DNA of 64,000 nucleotides from Candidatus Rokuibacteriota bacterium (GTDB lineage Bacteria > Methylomirabilota > Methylomirabilia > Rokubacteriales > CSP1-6), in NCBI GenBank assembly GCA_003220475.1, contig QHSO01000027.1, positions 530-64,529 on the forward strand, written 5' to 3'. The notes below the pieces were generated by a model. That model was not told the DNA's origin and made no database searches. It saw only the letters and a list, made by a program, of their open reading frames with translations. Position 1 is the first letter of the stretch; every line of letters begins with the position of its first letter. Positions 40,096 through 48,738 of the stretch are shown here, in pieces. Position numbers and translations under genes: made by a program.

Positions 40096-41135
40096 TCCCA
40101 AAGATACGCGCGCGGATTGACCGCGTGGCCCTTGACGAGGATCTCGTAGTGCAGGTGCGGACCGGATGAGCGGCCCGTATTGCCGGTGTAGGCGAGCAGC
40201 GTGCCGCGCTCCACCTTCTGACCGGCTTTCACGTTGATCTGCGCGAGATGGCCGTACCGGCTCTTGATGTCCTGGCCGTGGTCCACGATCACTGTCGTGC
40301 CGTACTCCGGCGCGGTGCCCGCGAAGACGACCGTGCCTGCGGCCGGCGCTTGCACCGCCGTGCCGCGGTTGGCGCCGATGTCCATGCCGGCATGGAACTC
40401 GGGCTCGTTCGTCCACGGCGACTTGCGGTTGCCGAATTCGGAGTTCACCGAGCCACGCACGGGCCAGCGCGAGGGCAGCGCGGCGAGGGCCTTGCCCGCG
40501 CGCCCCATCAGCCGGTCGAGCGCGCGAAGGTTCTCGCCCTCCTGCATGATCGTGTCGGTCAAACGATTCAGCTCGTCGCTGGCGGAGATGCCGGGGGTCG
40601 GCCGATCCGACGGGGTCGTCGCGCCGCCCATGCCGCGATCGCGACTGCCGCGGCCGGCCTCGGGACCGAACGGCTCCTGGATGCGGGCGTGCATCTCACG
40701 CCACGCGCCCACTTCCTTGCGAAGGTCGGCCACGCGGCGGTTGAAGTCGTCGATCGTCCTGCGCTGCTCGGCGATCTGCGAGGCGAAGGTCGTTGACTCG
40801 CGGGTGAGCTCGCGCAGCTGCAGCCAGTCGCCGACGAGGGCGCCGACGAGCGACACGGAGGCGGCCACCGCGACGAAGCCTGCGACGGCGAGCGGACGCG
40901 CGAAGTTGAATCGCACGACCCTCACGCCATCGCCGCGCACGACGAGCAGGCTGAACTGACCACGCCGTCGGTTCACGCTGCGGCGGCGCGGGGCGGGATA
41001 GGCCGGCGTCGCCGGCGCCGATCCGCGATGCAGCCAGCCACGCCGCACGTCGGGCTTCGGCGCTATGAATGATGCACTGCTGACGCTGTCAACCGAGGTT
41101 TGCGGCTCGCCGACAGACTGCGCAGTCTCGTTCAT
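40092..41135 (-). CDS. M23 family metallopeptidase (LytM domain)
   Basis: HAGMDI and GNTGRSSGPHLHYE motifs. N-terminal TM and coiled-coil. Start taken at MNETAQSV (ATG 41135). Confidence 0.85.
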   Translation of the reverse strand: MNETAQSVGEPQTSVDSVSSASFIAPKPDVRRGWLHRGSAPATPAYPAPRRRSVNRRRGQFSLLVVRGDGVRVVRFNFARPLAVAGFVAVAASVSLVGALVGDWLQLRELTRESTTFASQIAEQRRTIDDFNRRVADLRKEVGAWREMHARIQEPFGPEAGRGSRDRGMGGATTPSDRPTPGISASDELNRLTDTIMQEGENLRALDRLMGRAGKALAALPSRWPVRGSVNSEFGNRKSPWTNEPEFHAGMDIGANRGTAVQAPAAGTVVFAGTAPEYGTTVIVDHGQDIKSRYGHLAQINVKAGQKVERGTLLAYTGNTGRSSGPHLHYEILVKGHAVNPRAYLWD

Positions 41136-41301
41136 GACGCGCCCTATTGCGCAAGTGACGTGCCGAAGCCCGCACACATAGAATCAACTACTTCGATCCA
41201 TCGCCGAGACAGTCCGACACGCAAGACGTCACGACGTCGGAGAACTGACCGGGCACCACGCGTCGATGACGACGCGTAAGTTCGCGTCGCGGCTCGATTC
41301 G

Positions 41302-41331
41302 TTGACACTCTCCGCGACGCTTCGGTATGAT
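41302..41331 (+). promoter_or_regulatory. sigma70-like promoter upstream of the aminotransferase-hom-thrC genes
   Basis: TTGACA (41302-41307), 18-nt spacer, TATGAT (41326-41331). GAGGGGG lies 8 nt before ATG 41359. Confidence 0.45.
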
Positions 41332-41358
41332 CGCGAAACACTCCGAGGGGGTCGCGCG

Positions 41359-42528
41359 ATGGAGGAGTTCTACCGGATCAAGCGCCTGCCGCCGTACGTC
41401 TTCGCGATCGTCAACGATCTGAAGACGAAGGCACGCGCCCGGGGCGAGGACGTCATCGATCTCGGCATGGGCAACCCGGACATGCCGACGCCCAAGCACA
41501 TCGTCGACAAGCTCGTCGAAGCCGCCAAGAACCCCAAGAACCACCGCTACTCCGCGTCCCGCGGCATCACGCGACTGCGCCGGGCGATGTCCACGTGGTA
41601 CCGCGACCGCTACGCCGTCGACGTCGATCCGGACTCCGAAGTCATCGCGACCATCGGGGCCAAAGAGGGCATGGCGCATCTCGCGCTGGCGGTCCTGCAG
41701 CCCGGCGACGGCGCGCTGGTACCGAATCCGACGTATCCCATCCACTCGTACTCGGTCGTCATCGCCGACGGCGACCTGCGCTCCGTGCCGCTCACACCCG
41801 ATGGCGACTTCTTCACCCGACTGCAAGAGACCGCGAAGCTGGCGTGGCCGAAAGCGAAGCTGCTGATCCTCTCGTTCCCGCACAACCCGACGACGATGTG
41901 CGTCGAGCGCGATTTCTTCGTGAAGGTCGTGGACTTCGCGCGCGAGCACCGCCTGATGGTCGTCCACGACTTCGCGTACGCGGACTTCACGTTCGACGGC
42001 TACAAGCCGCCGTCGTTCCTCGCCGTGCCTGGCGCCAAGGAGGTCGGCGTCGAGATCTTCTCGCTCTCGAAGTCGTACAACATGCCGGGCTGGCGCATGG
42101 GGTTCGTGTGCGGCAACGCGCGCATGATCGCGGCCCTGGCGCGGATCAAGTCCTATCTCGACTACGGCGCGTTCCAGCCGATCCAGATCGCGAGCATCAT
42201 CGCGCTGGAGGGCGACCAGAAAGTCGTCGACCAGATCGTCGAGGTGCACCGAAAGCGCCGCGACGTGCTGGTGGACGGCCTCAACAAGCTCGGCTGGCAG
42301 GTCGCCAAGCCAAAGGGCACGATGTTCGTGTGGGCCCCGATCCCCGAGCCGTTCCGCGCCATGGGCTCCCTGGAGTTCGCCAAGCTGTGCATCCAGGAGG
42401 CGAAGGTGGCGGTGTCACCCGGCATCGGGTTCGGCGAGTACGGCGAAGGCTACGTGCGCTTCGCGCTCGTCGAGAACGAGCAGCGGATCAAGCAAGCGCT
42501 GCGCGGCCTCAAGCACGTTCACCGGTGA
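41359..42528 (+). CDS. class I/II PLP-dependent aminotransferase (alanine transaminase-like)
   Basis: Starts [25 protein letters not shown]-lysine context [14 protein letters not shown]. 389 aa. Confidence 0.85.
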   Translation: MEEFYRIKRLPPYVFAIVNDLKTKARARGEDVIDLGMGNPDMPTPKHIVDKLVEAAKNPKNHRYSASRGITRLRRAMSTWYRDRYAVDVDPDSEVIATIGAKEGMAHLALAVLQPGDGALVPNPTYPIHSYSVVIADGDLRSVPLTPDGDFFTRLQETAKLAWPKAKLLILSFPHNPTTMCVERDFFVKVVDFAREHRLMVVHDFAYADFTFDGYKPPSFLAVPGAKEVGVEIFSLSKSYNMPGWRMGFVCGNARMIAALARIKSYLDYGAFQPIQIASIIALEGDQKVVDQIVEVHRKRRDVLVDGLNKLGWQVAKPKGTMFVWAPIPEPFRAMGSLEFAKLCIQEAKVAVSPGIGFGEYGEGYVRFALVENEQRIKQALRGLKHVHR

Positions 42529-42529
42529 G

Positions 42530-42598
42530 CGGGGGCCCCGACATGGCCCCCGCACCCCCTATGCTCGTCGCGCTCCGGCGTAGCCGTGGCGCTCCTCG
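42530..42598 (+). repeat. repeat family A copy
   Basis: CGGGGGCCCCGACATGGCCCCCGCACCCCC...CCGGCGTAGCCG...CTCCTCG occupies the whole gap between the aminotransferase stop and the hom ATG. Confidence 0.9.
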
Positions 42599-43915
42599 AT
42601 GACGCGCGTCGACGACGTTCGAATCGGACTGCTGGGCCTGGGCACCGTCGGCGCCGGCGTCGTGAAGATTCTCGCCGCGCAGCGACCGATGCTCGAAGAG
42701 CGCGCCGGGTGTCGGCTCACCCTGGCGGCCATCGCCGACACCGACCTCGTCCGGGCGCGTGAAGGTCTGGATCTCAAGGCGCTGCCGATGGTCGGTGACG
42801 CGGCGAAGGTGCTGGCGGACCCGGCGATCCACGTCGTCATCGAGCTCATGGGCGGCCTCGAGCCGGCGCGCACCTTCATCCTGCGCGCGCTCGCCGCCGG
42901 TAAGCACGTCGTCACTGCCAACAAGGCGCTGCTCGCGCATCACGGCGCCGAGCTCTACGAGGAGGCGCGCCGGCGCGGCGTGACGCTGGCGTTCGAGGCG
43001 GCCGTCGCCGGCGGCATTCCGCTCATCCGCTCGGTGAAGGAAGGCCTCGCGGCCAACTCCATCCTGTCGCTGGCCGGCATCGTCAACGGGACGTGCAACT
43101 ACATCCTGTCGAAGATGACCGACGAGAACCTCGACTTCGCGCTCGTCCTCAAGGAGGCGCAGACCCACGGCTACGCGGAGACCGACCCGACGCTCGACAT
43201 CGAGGGCATGGACTCCGCCCACAAGCTGCAGATCCTCGTCTCGCTGGCATTCCGCACGTTCATCGAGCTGAAGGACATCCACACCGAAGGCATCACGCGC
43301 GTCACCGCCGCGGACATCGCGTACGCGCGAGAGCTCGGCTATCGCATCAAGCTGCTGGCGATCGCCAAGGCGGTCGAGGGTGGCGTGGAGGTGCGGGTGC
43401 ACCCCACGATGATTCCCGCCACCTCGCCGCTGGCCGCCGTCTCCGGCGTGTTCAACGCGGTGTTCATCACCGGCGACGCCGTCGGTGATCTCATGTTCTA
43501 CGGGCGCGGCGCGGGCCAGATGCCGACGGCGTCCGCGGTCTGGTCCGATGCGCTCGAAATCGCGCGGCGCATCGCGCACGGCATTCCGTCGCTCGCAATC
43601 GAGCTGCCGTCGGTCGGGCCGGCCGCGCTGCCGCTGCGGCCGATGGACGCCATCCGCTGCTGCTACTACCTGCGCGTGATGGCGCAGGACAAGCCCGGCG
43701 TGCTCTCGCGCGTGGCCGGCATCCTCGGCGAAAACGACATCTCGATCGCGAACGTCATCCAGAAGGGTCGCGGCACGCGCGAGGCGGTGCCGGTCGTGAT
43801 CGTGACCCACGAGGCGCGCGAGCGCGACATGCGCGTGGCGCTGGCGAAGATCGATCGGCTGCGCGACGTCGCGGGCGCCACCACGATGATTCGCGTCGAA
43901 GGCGGACCGGCATGA
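42599..43915 (+). CDS. hom: homoserine dehydrogenase
   Basis: N-terminal GLLGLGTVG NAD fold, catalytic domain and C-terminal ACT domain. 438 aa. Confidence 0.95.
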   Translation: MTRVDDVRIGLLGLGTVGAGVVKILAAQRPMLEERAGCRLTLAAIADTDLVRAREGLDLKALPMVGDAAKVLADPAIHVVIELMGGLEPARTFILRALAAGKHVVTANKALLAHHGAELYEEARRRGVTLAFEAAVAGGIPLIRSVKEGLAANSILSLAGIVNGTCNYILSKMTDENLDFALVLKEAQTHGYAETDPTLDIEGMDSAHKLQILVSLAFRTFIELKDIHTEGITRVTAADIAYARELGYRIKLLAIAKAVEGGVEVRVHPTMIPATSPLAAVSGVFNAVFITGDAVGDLMFYGRGAGQMPTASAVWSDALEIARRIAHGIPSLAIELPSVGPAALPLRPMDAIRCCYYLRVMAQDKPGVLSRVAGILGENDISIANVIQKGRGTREAVPVVIVTHEARERDMRVALAKIDRLRDVAGATTMIRVEGGPA

Positions 43916-45054
43916 ATGCCTCGAAGGGGGGCTCCGCCCCCCTCCGAGCCGCCCCCGCGGATTGCGCCGGCGAAGCCGGCGCTCGAAAGGACCTTCCAAC
44001 GGCGTGGCCGGGAATCATCGAGCGTTACCGGCGATACCTGCCCGTGACCGACAAGACGCCGGTCGTGACGCTGCTCGAGGGGAATACGCCGCTCCTGCCG
44101 GCGCCGCGGCTGGCCGAGGCGACCGATCCGAGCCTGTCCATCTATCTCAAGTGCGAGGGCTTCAACCCGACCGGGTCCTTCAAGGACCGCGGGATGACGC
44201 TGGCGATGAGCAAGGCCGTCGAGGCGGGCTCGCGCGCGGTCATCTGCGCCTCGACCGGCAACACCTCGGCGTCGGCGGCGGCCTTTGCCGCGAGGGCGGG
44301 ACTGCGCGCGTTCGTCATGGTGCCGCGCGGCTCGGTGGCCCTCGGCAAGCTCTCGCAGGCGGCGATCCACGGCGCGCGCGTGCTCATGGTCGAAGGCACC
44401 TTCGACCAGGCCCTCGACATCGTGCGACGTATCGCGGAGTCGCATCCGGTCACCCTGGTGAACTCCGTGAACCCCTTCCGTCTCGAAGGGCAGAAGACCG
44501 GCGCGTTCGAGGTCGTGGATCAGCTCGGTCGCGCGCCCGACTATCACCTGATCCCCGTCGGCAACGCGGGCAACATCACGGCGTACTGGCGCGGCTATCG
44601 CGAGTACCACCGCGACGGCAAGATCGACAGCCTGCCGCGCATGGTCGGCTTCCAGGCCGCGGGGGCGGCGCCGATGTACGAGAATCGCATCATCGAAGAG
44701 CCACGCACGGTTGCGACAGCGATCAAGATCGGCAACCCCGCCTCGTGGGGCCCGGCGCTGGAGGCGGTGAAAGACAGCCGCGGCTGGATCGACATCGTCA
44801 CCGACGAGGAAATCCTCCGCGCCTACCGGATGCTCGCTCGCGAGGAAGGCATCTTCATGGAGCCGGCGTCGGCGGCCACCGTGGCGGGCCTCGTCAAGAT
44901 CGTGAAGGCCGGCCGCATCGAATCGGGCTCGACGCTCGTGCTGACGCTGACGGGCCACGGGCTCAAGGATCCCGAAACCGCGCTCGAGTCCGCGTCGCGG
45001 CCGACGTCCGTCCCTGCCTCGCTCGACGCCGTCCTGGCGCAGCTGGGCCTCTGA
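43912..45054 (+). CDS. thrC: threonine synthase
   Basis: PLP-lysine motif FNPTGSFKDRG. The ATG is in an ATGA overlap with hom. The first ~27 codons are a divergent repeat-A copy. Confidence 0.9.
   Translation: MNASKGGSAPLRAAPADCAGEAGARKDLPTAWPGIIERYRRYLPVTDKTPVVTLLEGNTPLLPAPRLAEATDPSLSIYLKCEGFNPTGSFKDRGMTLAMSKAVEAGSRAVICASTGNTSASAAAFAARAGLRAFVMVPRGSVALGKLSQAAIHGARVLMVEGTFDQALDIVRRIAESHPVTLVNSVNPFRLEGQKTGAFEVVDQLGRAPDYHLIPVGNAGNITAYWRGYREYHRDGKIDSLPRMVGFQAAGAAPMYENRIIEEPRTVATAIKIGNPASWGPALEAVKDSRGWIDIVTDEEILRAYRMLAREEGIFMEPASAATVAGLVKIVKAGRIESGSTLVLTLTGHGLKDPETALESASRPTSVPASLDAVLAQLGL
43925..43990 (+). repeat. divergent repeat family A copy inside the thrC 5' coding region
   Basis: GGGGGGC-TCC-GCCCCCC, then a second C-run (GCCCCC), then the perfect hairpin GCGCCGGC-GAA-GCCGGCGC. 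Same module order as the other copies. Confidence 0.65.
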
Positions 45055-46049
45055 GCCAGCGGCTGCGCGTCGGCATCGGCATCGCGATCAGCGCCGCGCT
45101 GGTCGCCTACCTGCTCGCCAGCGTCGATCTGCGTGAGCTCGGCCGCCAGCTGCTCGCGACGAACTGGGCGTGGGTGACGCTCGCGGTGGTCGCCGGTCTC
45201 GCCGGCGTCTTGGCGCGCGCGCGTCGCTGGCGCTGGCTGTTTCCGCCGGGGCCGGAGCCGCCCGGCATCGTCGCTGCCACGATGATCGGCTACATGGCCA
45301 ACAACGTGCTGCCGCTGCGCGCGGGCGAGTTCGTGCGCATCTACGTGCTCGCGCGCAAGCTACGCGAAGCCGAGCGGATGAGCAGCGCGCAGAGCTTCTG
45401 GCTCGTCACGGCCACGCTCGTCGTCGAGCGCGTGCTCGACAGCCTCGCGATCGTGCTCATGCTGGGTGTGCTCGTCCTCACGATCCCGGTGCCGCGCATC
45501 GTCGAATGGGCGGCCGGTGTGCTGTTCGCGATCGACGTCGTCGGCGTGTCCATGCTCATCGCGCTCGCGCGCGCCCCCGACACATGCCGCCGGCTGCTGC
45601 TGCGCGTGATCGGTCGCTGGCCCGCGGCCGCGCGACGGGTCGGGTCCGTCTTCGATATTGGTTTGCGCGGGCTCGACGGCATCCGAAGCGCTTCCCACCT
45701 GCCGCCACTGGCACTGTGGACCGCGCTCGTGTGGCTGCTGCCCGCGACGGCGGCGTGGGCGATGCTGCGCGCCGTGCATCTCGACCTGTCGTTCGGCGCC
45801 GGCTGGACGGTGCTCGCGTTCGTCGGCGTCGGCATCAGCGTGCCGTCGGCGCCGGGCTACGTCGGCGTGTTTCACGCCGCCGCCACCGCGGCCCTCGAGG
45901 TCTTCGGCGTGGCACGCTCGGCGGCGCTCGCCTACGCGGTGCTCTATCACGCGAGCGCGGTGGTCCCGCTCACGATCGTCGGCTGGCTCTTCCTGCTGCG
46001 CGAGCACGTCTCGCTCGGCGAGGTGCGCCGCGCGCCGTCGGCCGCGTGA
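45051..46049 (+). CDS. UPF0104 / lysylphosphatidylglycerol-synthase-TM-domain-like membrane protein
   Basis: Multi-TM protein (RLRVGIGIAISAALVAYLL...RARRWRWLF...). No canonical start before TM1. An in-frame CTG at 45051 overlaps the thrC TGA. The first GTG is at 45174. Confidence 0.7.
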   Translation: MSQRLRVGIGIAISAALVAYLLASVDLRELGRQLLATNWAWVTLAVVAGLAGVLARARRWRWLFPPGPEPPGIVAATMIGYMANNVLPLRAGEFVRIYVLARKLREAERMSSAQSFWLVTATLVVERVLDSLAIVLMLGVLVLTIPVPRIVEWAAGVLFAIDVVGVSMLIALARAPDTCRRLLLRVIGRWPAAARRVGSVFDIGLRGLDGIRSASHLPPLALWTALVWLLPATAAWAMLRAVHLDLSFGAGWTVLAFVGVGISVPSAPGYVGVFHAAATAALEVFGVARSAALAYAVLYHASAVVPLTIVGWLFLLREHVSLGEVRRAPSAA

Positions 46050-46103
46050 GGCCGCGCCGCGCGCTTGCCTGAGCGCGCGCGGCTCATGTAGATTGCGGAA
46101 TCG

Positions 46104-47318
46104 ATGGCGCTAATCGTGCAAAAGTACGGCGGCTCGTCGGTCGCCGACACGGAGAAGATCAAGAACGTCGCGCGCCGCGTGGCCGAGAGTGCCGCGCAGC
46201 ACCAGCTGGTCGTCGTCGTCTCGGCGATGGGCAAGACGACCGACAGCCTCGTCAATCTCGCCTCGAAGATCACGCCGAACCCCGACCCGCGCGAGGTGGA
46301 CATGCTGCTCGCCACGGGTGAGCAGGTCACCATCGCGTTGCTCGCCATGGCGCTGCACGGGCTCGGGCTCAAGGCGCGCTCGCTGACGGGACCACAGGCC
46401 GGGCTGCGCACCGATCGCGCGCACACCAAGGCCCGCATCACGCGCATCACCCCGGAGCGCGCACGCGCGGCGCTGGACGCGGGTGAGATCGTGATCGTCG
46501 CGGGCTTCCAGGGGTTGTCGGATGCCGACGAGCTCACCACGCTCGGCCGCGGCGGCTCGGATCTCACCGCGGTGGCGCTGGCCGCCGCGCTCGAGGCCGA
46601 CGTGTGCGAGATCTACACCGACGTCGACGGCGTGTACACGGCCGATCCCAACATCGTGCCCGACGCGCGCAAGCTTCCGCGCGTCGCCTACGACGAGATG
46701 CTCGAGATGGCCAGCCTCGGCGCCAAGGTGCTCCAGGCCCGCTCCGTGGAGTTCGCCAAGAAGTATGGGGTAGCCGTCCACGTACGCTCGACGTTCAAGC
46801 CGGGCCCCGGCACGCTCGTGACGAGGGAGGAGAGCGGCATGGAAGAGGTGGTCGTCACCGGCATCACGCACGACCGGAGCCAGGCGAAGATCTCCCTGCT
46901 CCGCGTGCCCGACCGGCCCGGCATCGCCGCGCAGGTCTTCGGCGCGGTGGCCGCCAAGAACATCGTGGTCGACATGATCGTGCAGAACATCAGCCGCGAC
47001 GGCTTCACCGACATCTCCTTCACCGTCCCCCGGGGCGATCACCTCCGCGCGCAGACGGCGCTGCAGGAAATCGGCCACACGGTCGGCGCCGAGAAGGTCG
47101 TGCACGACGAGCGGGTGGCCAAGGTCTCCATCGTCGGCGTGGGCATGCGCAGCCACTCCGGCGTCGCCGCGCTCATGTTCGGCGCGCTATCGAAGGAAGG
47201 CATCAACATCCAGATGATCTCGACGTCCGAGATCGCCGTGTCCTGCGTGATCGAGGACAAGTACGCCGAGCTCGCCGTCCGCGCCCTGCACGACACATTC
47301 GAGCTCGGACGCGAGTAA
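46104..47318 (+). CDS. lysC: aspartate kinase
   Basis: Starts [13 protein letters not shown]. Two C-terminal ACT domains. Internal MEEVVVTGI is typical of a beta-subunit start. 404 aa. Confidence 0.95.
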   Translation: MALIVQKYGGSSVADTEKIKNVARRVAESAAQHQLVVVVSAMGKTTDSLVNLASKITPNPDPREVDMLLATGEQVTIALLAMALHGLGLKARSLTGPQAGLRTDRAHTKARITRITPERARAALDAGEIVIVAGFQGLSDADELTTLGRGGSDLTAVALAAALEADVCEIYTDVDGVYTADPNIVPDARKLPRVAYDEMLEMASLGAKVLQARSVEFAKKYGVAVHVRSTFKPGPGTLVTREESGMEEVVVTGITHDRSQAKISLLRVPDRPGIAAQVFGAVAAKNIVVDMIVQNISRDGFTDISFTVPRGDHLRAQTALQEIGHTVGAEKVVHDERVAKVSIVGVGMRSHSGVAALMFGALSKEGINIQMISTSEIAVSCVIEDKYAELAVRALHDTFELGRE

Positions 47319-47425
47319 CCGGTCCGCGGAGCCGCGGCAGTCGCCGCCTTGCGGTGATCGCCCGACCGTCGGGCGGCGGAGCCCTGCGAAGCCGCCCCGA
47401 CGGCATATATAAAGGAGCCAGTTCC

Positions 47426-48541
47426 ATGCCCTCAACTGGTAAGGCGGCGGTCTTCTTCGGCCCGGGCAAACCGTTCGAGATCCGCGAGCTGCCGCTGCCC
47501 GACATCGAGCCCGACGCCGTCCTCATCAAGGTCACCCTCGCCAACGTGTGCGGCTCCGACCTGCACTTCTGGCGCGGCGATGCCCCCCTGCGCCTGCCGG
47601 AAGACGGCTGGATCTTCGGCCACGAGATGACCGGGCGGGTGGCCAAGCTGGGCCGCAACGTGAAGACCGACTCGCTCGGCCGGCCGCTGCGCGAGGGCGA
47701 CCGTGTCGCCTACACGTATTTCTATCCGTGCGGCCGCTGCTACGTCTGCCTCAACAAGCAGCCGGCAGCGTGCCCGGCCAAGATCGAGCGCCCGCGTGGG
47801 CCGCGCGACTTCCCGCACTTCCACGGCGCCTTCGCGGAGTACTACTACCTGCGTCCGGGTGGCGCCCTCTTCGCCGTGCCCGACGCACTGAGCGATGAGC
47901 TGGTCTCGCCGGTGAACTGCGCGCTGTCGCAGGTCATCTTCGGGCTGCAAGAGGCTGCACTGCACTTCGGCGGCAGCATCGTGATCCAGGGCGCCGGCGG
48001 CCTCGGCGTGCAGGCGGCGGCCGTGGCCAAGGACATGGGAGCGGCGTGTGTGATCGTCGTCGACCAGCTGCCGGGACGGCTGGAGCTCGCCCGCGCCTTC
48101 GGCGCCGATCACGTGATCAACGTGAAGGAGGTCACCGAGCGTAAAGAGCGCGTCGCCCTCGTGCGCACGTGGACGGGCGGGCTGGGCGCCGACATCGCGT
48201 GCGACTTCGTCGGCTTTCCACAGGTGATTCCCGAGGGCATCGAGATGCTTCGGCCGGGCGGCACCTATCTCGAGATCGGCACCATCAGCCGCGGCGCGAA
48301 GGTCGAGCTCGAGCCGGCCACGCTGGTGTGGGGCGCGAAGAAGATCATCGGCGTGATCATGTACGATGCCGTGGTCATTCCCCGTGCGCTCGACTTCCTC
48401 GTGCGCAACCAGCGTCGCTTCCCGTTCGATCGGCTGATCTCACACAAGTATCCGCTCGAGGCGATCAATCAGGCGTTCGCCGATTCGGAGTGGCACAACC
48501 GGGAGACGACGAAGATCAGCCGGGCCGCGCTGGTCCCCTGA
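47426..48541 (+). CDS. zinc-binding alcohol dehydrogenase family (MDR) protein
   Basis: AAAGGAG RBS. Contains GHEMTG, structural Zn Cys cluster CGRCYVC and NAD fold GAGGLG. 371 aa. Confidence 0.85.
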   Translation: MPSTGKAAVFFGPGKPFEIRELPLPDIEPDAVLIKVTLANVCGSDLHFWRGDAPLRLPEDGWIFGHEMTGRVAKLGRNVKTDSLGRPLREGDRVAYTYFYPCGRCYVCLNKQPAACPAKIERPRGPRDFPHFHGAFAEYYYLRPGGALFAVPDALSDELVSPVNCALSQVIFGLQEAALHFGGSIVIQGAGGLGVQAAAVAKDMGAACVIVVDQLPGRLELARAFGADHVINVKEVTERKERVALVRTWTGGLGADIACDFVGFPQVIPEGIEMLRPGGTYLEIGTISRGAKVELEPATLVWGAKKIIGVIMYDAVVIPRALDFLVRNQRRFPFDRLISHKYPLEAINQAFADSEWHNRETTKISRAALVP

Positions 48542-48738
48542 CGGCGCGCCGCACCTGCTGCAACGACGTGCGCAGACTGGGCACGGATGGTGAGGGCAGC
48601 GATGCGTGAGCGGCACGCCGACGTCCGCGCCACCCTCGTCTCATAGCGAGATACAAAGCGCAGGCGCTTTTACAATCGCACGTGTCGCCATGGCATCCGT
48701 GGCACGTGGCTTGCGATTTCCGCTCCGGCAACGGTCCC

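Noticed and set aside
46050-46103. Possible lysine riboswitch or leader upstream of lysC.
   Set aside because: The gap is only 54 nt. It holds a single 9-bp GC hairpin (46056-46083), more likely the terminator of the preceding gene. That is far too short for an L-box.
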